Source: the human T2T-CHM13v2.0 reference genome, Homo sapiens
NCBI RefSeq assembly: GCF_009914755.1
Contig: NC_060927.1
DNA length: 64,000 bases
Direction: 5' to 3' (one strand)
Shown: piece by piece, positions 59,040 through 64,000 of the stretch
Layout: each line of letters begins with the position of its first letter
How positions within the stretch are numbered: the stretch's first letter is position 1
The notes under the pieces: model-generated
What the model was told of the DNA's origin: nothing
The model's input: the letters and a program-made list of their open reading frames with translations, nothing else
Databases searched by the model: none
Program-made: the position numbers and the translations under genes

Positions 59040-59260
59040 CAGGGAGTGGTCTAGAAAACCAGCAGTGGGGACAAACACCCTGAAGAGTGTCATTAAGTTG
59101 CTTGGCTTCTTTCTGCTTCAGCTTCCTCATCTACAAAATGGGGGTAATAATGGTAATTAGCTCTTACGATTGCGGAGAGGATTAAACAAAATCACATACT
59201 TAAAACTCTCAGCATAGTTCTTGGCACACAATGAATATTTGATAGTGTACTCTTTTTGTT
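59040..59260 (+). mobile_element. MIR
   Basis: CTTCAGCTTCCTCATCTACAAAATGGGGGTAATAAT core. Confidence 0.8.
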
Positions 59261-59301
59261 ATGATTAATTTCTTCACACCACCTAGCTGCAATACCTTAA
59301 A

Positions 59302-60005
59302 CAGGCCATTCTTAAAGCCGCAATCTGATGATCCCCAAAGGTTCTGAAACCTTCTCAGGGGGTCCACGAGGTCAAAACAATTTTTGTATAGATATTATTT
59401 TCAAAATAATAATATTTTCATAATGATAAAAAATATGACTTGCCTTTTTATTCTCATTCTGGCATGAAGGCACAGTGAAGTTTTCCAGAGGCTGCATGGT
59501 ATATAATGCCACAGGAGATTGAATACAGGGGCAGATATGAGAATCTAGCTTCTTTCTGTGAAGTCAGGCATTAAAGAGATTTGCAAAAATGTAGAACAAT
59601 GTAACCCTTCTGACTAAATGTTTTTGTTTTAGAAAAGTATAGTTACTTTTCTACAAAAATATGTTACACGCACTGCTAGGGAAGCTGAGGCAGGAAAACC
59701 GCTTGAACCCAGAAGGTGGAGGTTGCAGTGAGCTGAGATTGTGGCACTGCACTCCAGACTGGGCGACAGAGCGAGACACTTTCTCAAAAAATATAAAATG
59801 AAATAAAATAAAAAATTTTACATGCAATTAGTTTATTATTATTTTTAATGAATTAGTAAACAAACATTTTATAAATTTCTTAGTTTAAATTTCTAATACA
59901 GTAAATATAAATATGTGGAACCTACATAAATAAAACCTCTTTGGAATCCTTAATAATTTTTACTGGTGTAAAAGGGTCCTGAGACCAAAAATTTTCAGAA
60001 CTTCT
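59302..60005. mobile_element. hAT/Charlie element (Charlie4a-like) with Alu insert
   Basis: TCAGGGGGTCCACGAGGTCAAAAC...GGGTCCTGAGACCAAAA; 8-bp TSD ACCTTAAA (59294-59301, 60006-60013). Confidence 0.75.
59675..59815 (+). mobile_element. 5'-truncated AluS (right arm)
   Basis: GCTGAGGCAGGAAAACCGCTTGAACCC...GGGCGACAGAGCGAGAC plus A-rich tail. Confidence 0.88.
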
Positions 60006-60461
60006 ACCTTAAATCACACAGGTAATCATTAGTATAATTCCTTTTTTCTCTATTTTTATTGATTTTGAAACTTTATTATTTACAAAGGCGATGGGAAGAT
60101 TTAGAGTATAAAAATAAGTGAAAAGAAAGATTAAACATCCTATAATCAAACCACTCAGTGACAGTCATTATCAATATGTTGGCCTGTATACTTCTGGTGT
60201 TTAATTCATGAATATGTCATGCACATATAACTAAAATGGAATAACATGGTACATAATGTTTTGGGACTTTTTTATTCAAAATATATCATAAAATCAACCT
60301 ATGTCATTAGCTGTTCTCCTGCAATATCCTTTATAATGACTGTATTATTTATTTAATTAAGCTCCTATTTTGGGCCATTTATGTTGCTCATTTTTTTCAC
60401 GTTATACAGAATGTTACAGTGAACATCCTTTATATGCATACTTAAAAATTTCTTAGCATAA

Positions 60462-61066
<605 letters not shown>

Positions 61067-62423
61067 AGGATATCCATATTTTAAGGTTCCTAATATCTGT
61101 TGCCAAATCACTCTTCAGAAATGTTGTACAAGCATATATATAGGCAGTTTATAATTGACATCCTTGCATTATTTCATATCTTTGCCTATCTGACAGATTT
61201 AAAATATCTCATTTTTATGATTTATATTTCTTTGATTACTAGCATGTTTGATTATTTTTTCATATTTATCCTGGCTTTTTATAGCTTACTTTCTGTAACA
61301 TACTTATTAGAATAATGCATTTTTATCGAATTGATGTAAGTTCTAAAAGTTGCTCACTTCCCTCAAGTATTATATACTGGGTCACACACTGGCTTATAAA
61401 ACACCAGGGATTACATAGCTATATAATTTTTAATATCTTTATAAATATAAGTGAAATCCTATTGGGTAAATTCAGTTGCTGCAAACCCTCCTCACTGTGT
61501 TTTATCTCTACGAAAATTTGAATTTCAAAGAAACAGGTAACCATCATTTATATGATCTAAAAATTAGGAGTATGTAATGGAACTGTATAAAATTACAAAA
61601 TGCTATTTAAAAGTAAGTAAAATTATTTTTTATTTTTAAAAATTATTTTTCAATATTTGAAAATACTCAACAGCAAATAAAAATAAATATTTTCAGTTAA
61701 ATGTCTTTTGGTCACAAATAATTTCCCAAGCCTAGCATGATACTATCTAAATCAGGCAAAACTCCCAGGAATGTTAACTAATGAGAAAAGGAACCACGCC
61801 TGGGTGGCACATGAAAGAGAAAGACAGCTAAGGATAGGATAGTGCAGGGATAGATAGGGTTAGATAGGGCCACCTGGGGCCCTGGCAAACTGTGGTATTT
61901 ACAAGTGCTGGATGGGTGTAGGCTGAAACAAAAAAGTGTCAGGTAGTGGGTGAGTCTGAAGTTGGGCTGCCTACAGCCTTATAGTCCCAGCATGCATGCC
62001 CTCTTCTCTCTCTTCCACCCCTTCCTATCCACTATCTGAGGCAAAAGTAAGAGAGACAGGACTCATGGAGAAGAAGCTGGAAAGAGCTGAGCAGAGCAAT
62101 AGCCCGCAGATTAGCAGGCTGGGGCTCAGTCCCGTGAAAGGTTCCAATGGGAAGAAAAAATCCATGCTGATTGTATAGCTCAGTCCACGCAACAGAGACA
62201 AAGACTTCTACGGAGCTTGGCTCATGCCTCATACCAAGTCAACAACAGCAAGCTCCGAAGATCCACCCTGTCCTTGTCAGGAAAAGCTAAACAAATAGGT
62301 TAGACCAAGGCTGTAGCTGCAAAGAGCTGAGGAAGGAACAGGCCAACTGAATACCAGCTGCTTCTAACTGTAATACCATTAATCTCACTCTGTCCCTGAA
62401 ACTTCAGGCAGAATCCTGCACAC

Positions 62424-62695
62424 AGTGGGGCCTGCAAATATTTGATCAGTATTCTTAAGAATTTTTGTTAACTTTTCAAAACAATGATTTTGTTTACTAA
62501 ATATAGTGGGGAAAATAAAAGCTTTACTCTCACTTATGTCACTGATCGTTTTATCTAAAGTGGGGCCTGCAAATATTTGATCAGTATTCATAAGAATTTT
62601 TGGTAACTCTTCAAAACAAGAATTTTTTTTTTAACCAAAAATAGTGGGGAAAAGGAAAGCTTTACTCCCATTTATGTCAATGGTCATTTCATCTG
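62424..62695 (+). repeat. Tandem duplication, two ~135-bp units
   Basis: AGTGGGGCCTGCAAATATTTGATCAGTATTC at 62424 and 62559, followed by colinear sequence. Confidence 0.95.
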
Positions 62696-64000
62696 CTTAA
62701 AGTTTCCTACTGGGAATCCTAGTAAATATTTAAGCCATTCCGATCTACCTTGCCAGTTGGTACTTAGGGAGAATTAAGCAGCGGATTACAAGAATGGTTT
62801 CTTCAGAAGCTTTGAAGTCTACTGTTTTAGGCTTTACAATCACAGGAATGTCTCATCCACTTCCCCTTCTCCTTTCTTTTTTAATCTTTTGTTTTAAAAA
62901 AAAAAAAAACTAGCTATAAACACACCAACCTATGTTGCTATAATGATTTTCTTAGTGAACACTGTAGTTAAGGTTACATGCAGACTTTTATTATAATCCC
63001 TCATCTTCACTAGTTCCCAAGTTTTTGAACACATTCCTTTAACCTAAAACTTTCCAGTCTTTGTTCCTCTTTCAGATAAGCTTTAAACTCAGTCTGTTCA
63101 GCTACTTCTGAGAAGGGAGCAAACAAGAGTATAATGTTTTGCCCGTGGGTATTGGAAAGCCTAATTTACAAAAATTGACGTATTCAGCAGGGCCACTCAT
63201 TACTTGGGAAAGATGTCATCATCCAGGGAATTATCAAAGAATCAAAAGAACAGGAGAGAACAGTCAAATGATGTGTAAAAGGCCAACCAATTTGACTCCT
63301 ACTCAGATATCACAATTCAAAATACCTGAAAACCAGCCTATTGATAAGTGGATATTCCATATATCAGAATTTTCTACTCTAAGAATGAATATCATTAACT
63401 TGAGTTCTTTTAATGCGCTTGAGAGTAGTTTTTGTGCAGAGCTACTACTATTCAGTGGTTTACTTTGGTTTAAAAATTAATCCTCAATTCACTATGCTTA
63501 CAAAATCAAAACTTCCTTAACATTTTAAATTTACCACATAAAACTTATAAGCTTAATATATTTTAGCAAACATTTTAAGGGCCTTAAATTAATATTTTGT
63601 CCTATCTACAGAATTGATTAAATACCTTAAAATATTCTTAATTGTATTTACTAATTCAATATATCCAATTTTCCTTTAATTATAGCTTTTTGATTCAATA
63701 AACCTTTCCAAAATGTTTAAATAAATCATACAAATATGATAAATAAATTTAACTTAAATATCTCAAATCTAAGCCAATTACTTAATTCCACATTTAAAAG
63801 TTGAATCATAAATCTGACATTTACTCTAAGAAGCCAAATTTTCTTAAACAAACTATAAATGCTTAAATTAATAACCAGCACAGATTTTTTATGCAAAAAT
63901 GTCAATACTATGGGTTTGGATTTTATAAACACTGTGTATTTAATTCTGTATTGAGGGGAGTTAAAAGTTGTTTACCCACAAATAAGTAATTATGTCATTC

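Noticed and set aside
62424-62695. CRISPR-like repeat-spacer array
   Set aside because: Only two units, the 'spacers' are homologous to each other, the context is primate DNA and there are no cas genes.
63139-63480. 113-aa ORF as a gene
   Set aside because: Non-ATG start, no recognisable domain and no convincing flanking splice pair.

Overview
Eukaryotic, AT-rich, repeat-dense great-ape DNA, most likely human (Alu J/S subfamilies plus a full-length L1PA2-type LINE-1). I found no recognisable host protein-coding exon, RNA gene or CpG-island promoter, so the window reads as a long intron or intergenic block. All long ORFs belong to transposable elements. Main elements: (1) a full-length L1 (36802-42912, 15-bp TSD) with dead ORF1/ORF2 but an intact 71-aa antisense ORF0 whose splice donor is closer to consensus than usual; (2) a one-LTR ERV-L provirus (pol-dUTPase-MLT2 LTR, 28039-32800) framed by a ~400-bp duplication of host DNA instead of a 5-bp TSD, and carrying a twin-primed, 5'-inverted L1; (3) several nested TE stacks, solo MaLR LTRs, Tigger/Charlie/MER5 DNA transposons, MIR/L2 relics and STRs; (4) fossil repair scars (templated insertion, local tandem and inverted duplications); (5) a few unique segments with dense transcription-factor motifs or strong splice sites. 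Subfamily names come from recalled consensus features, not a database search, and boundaries of old repeats are approximate.
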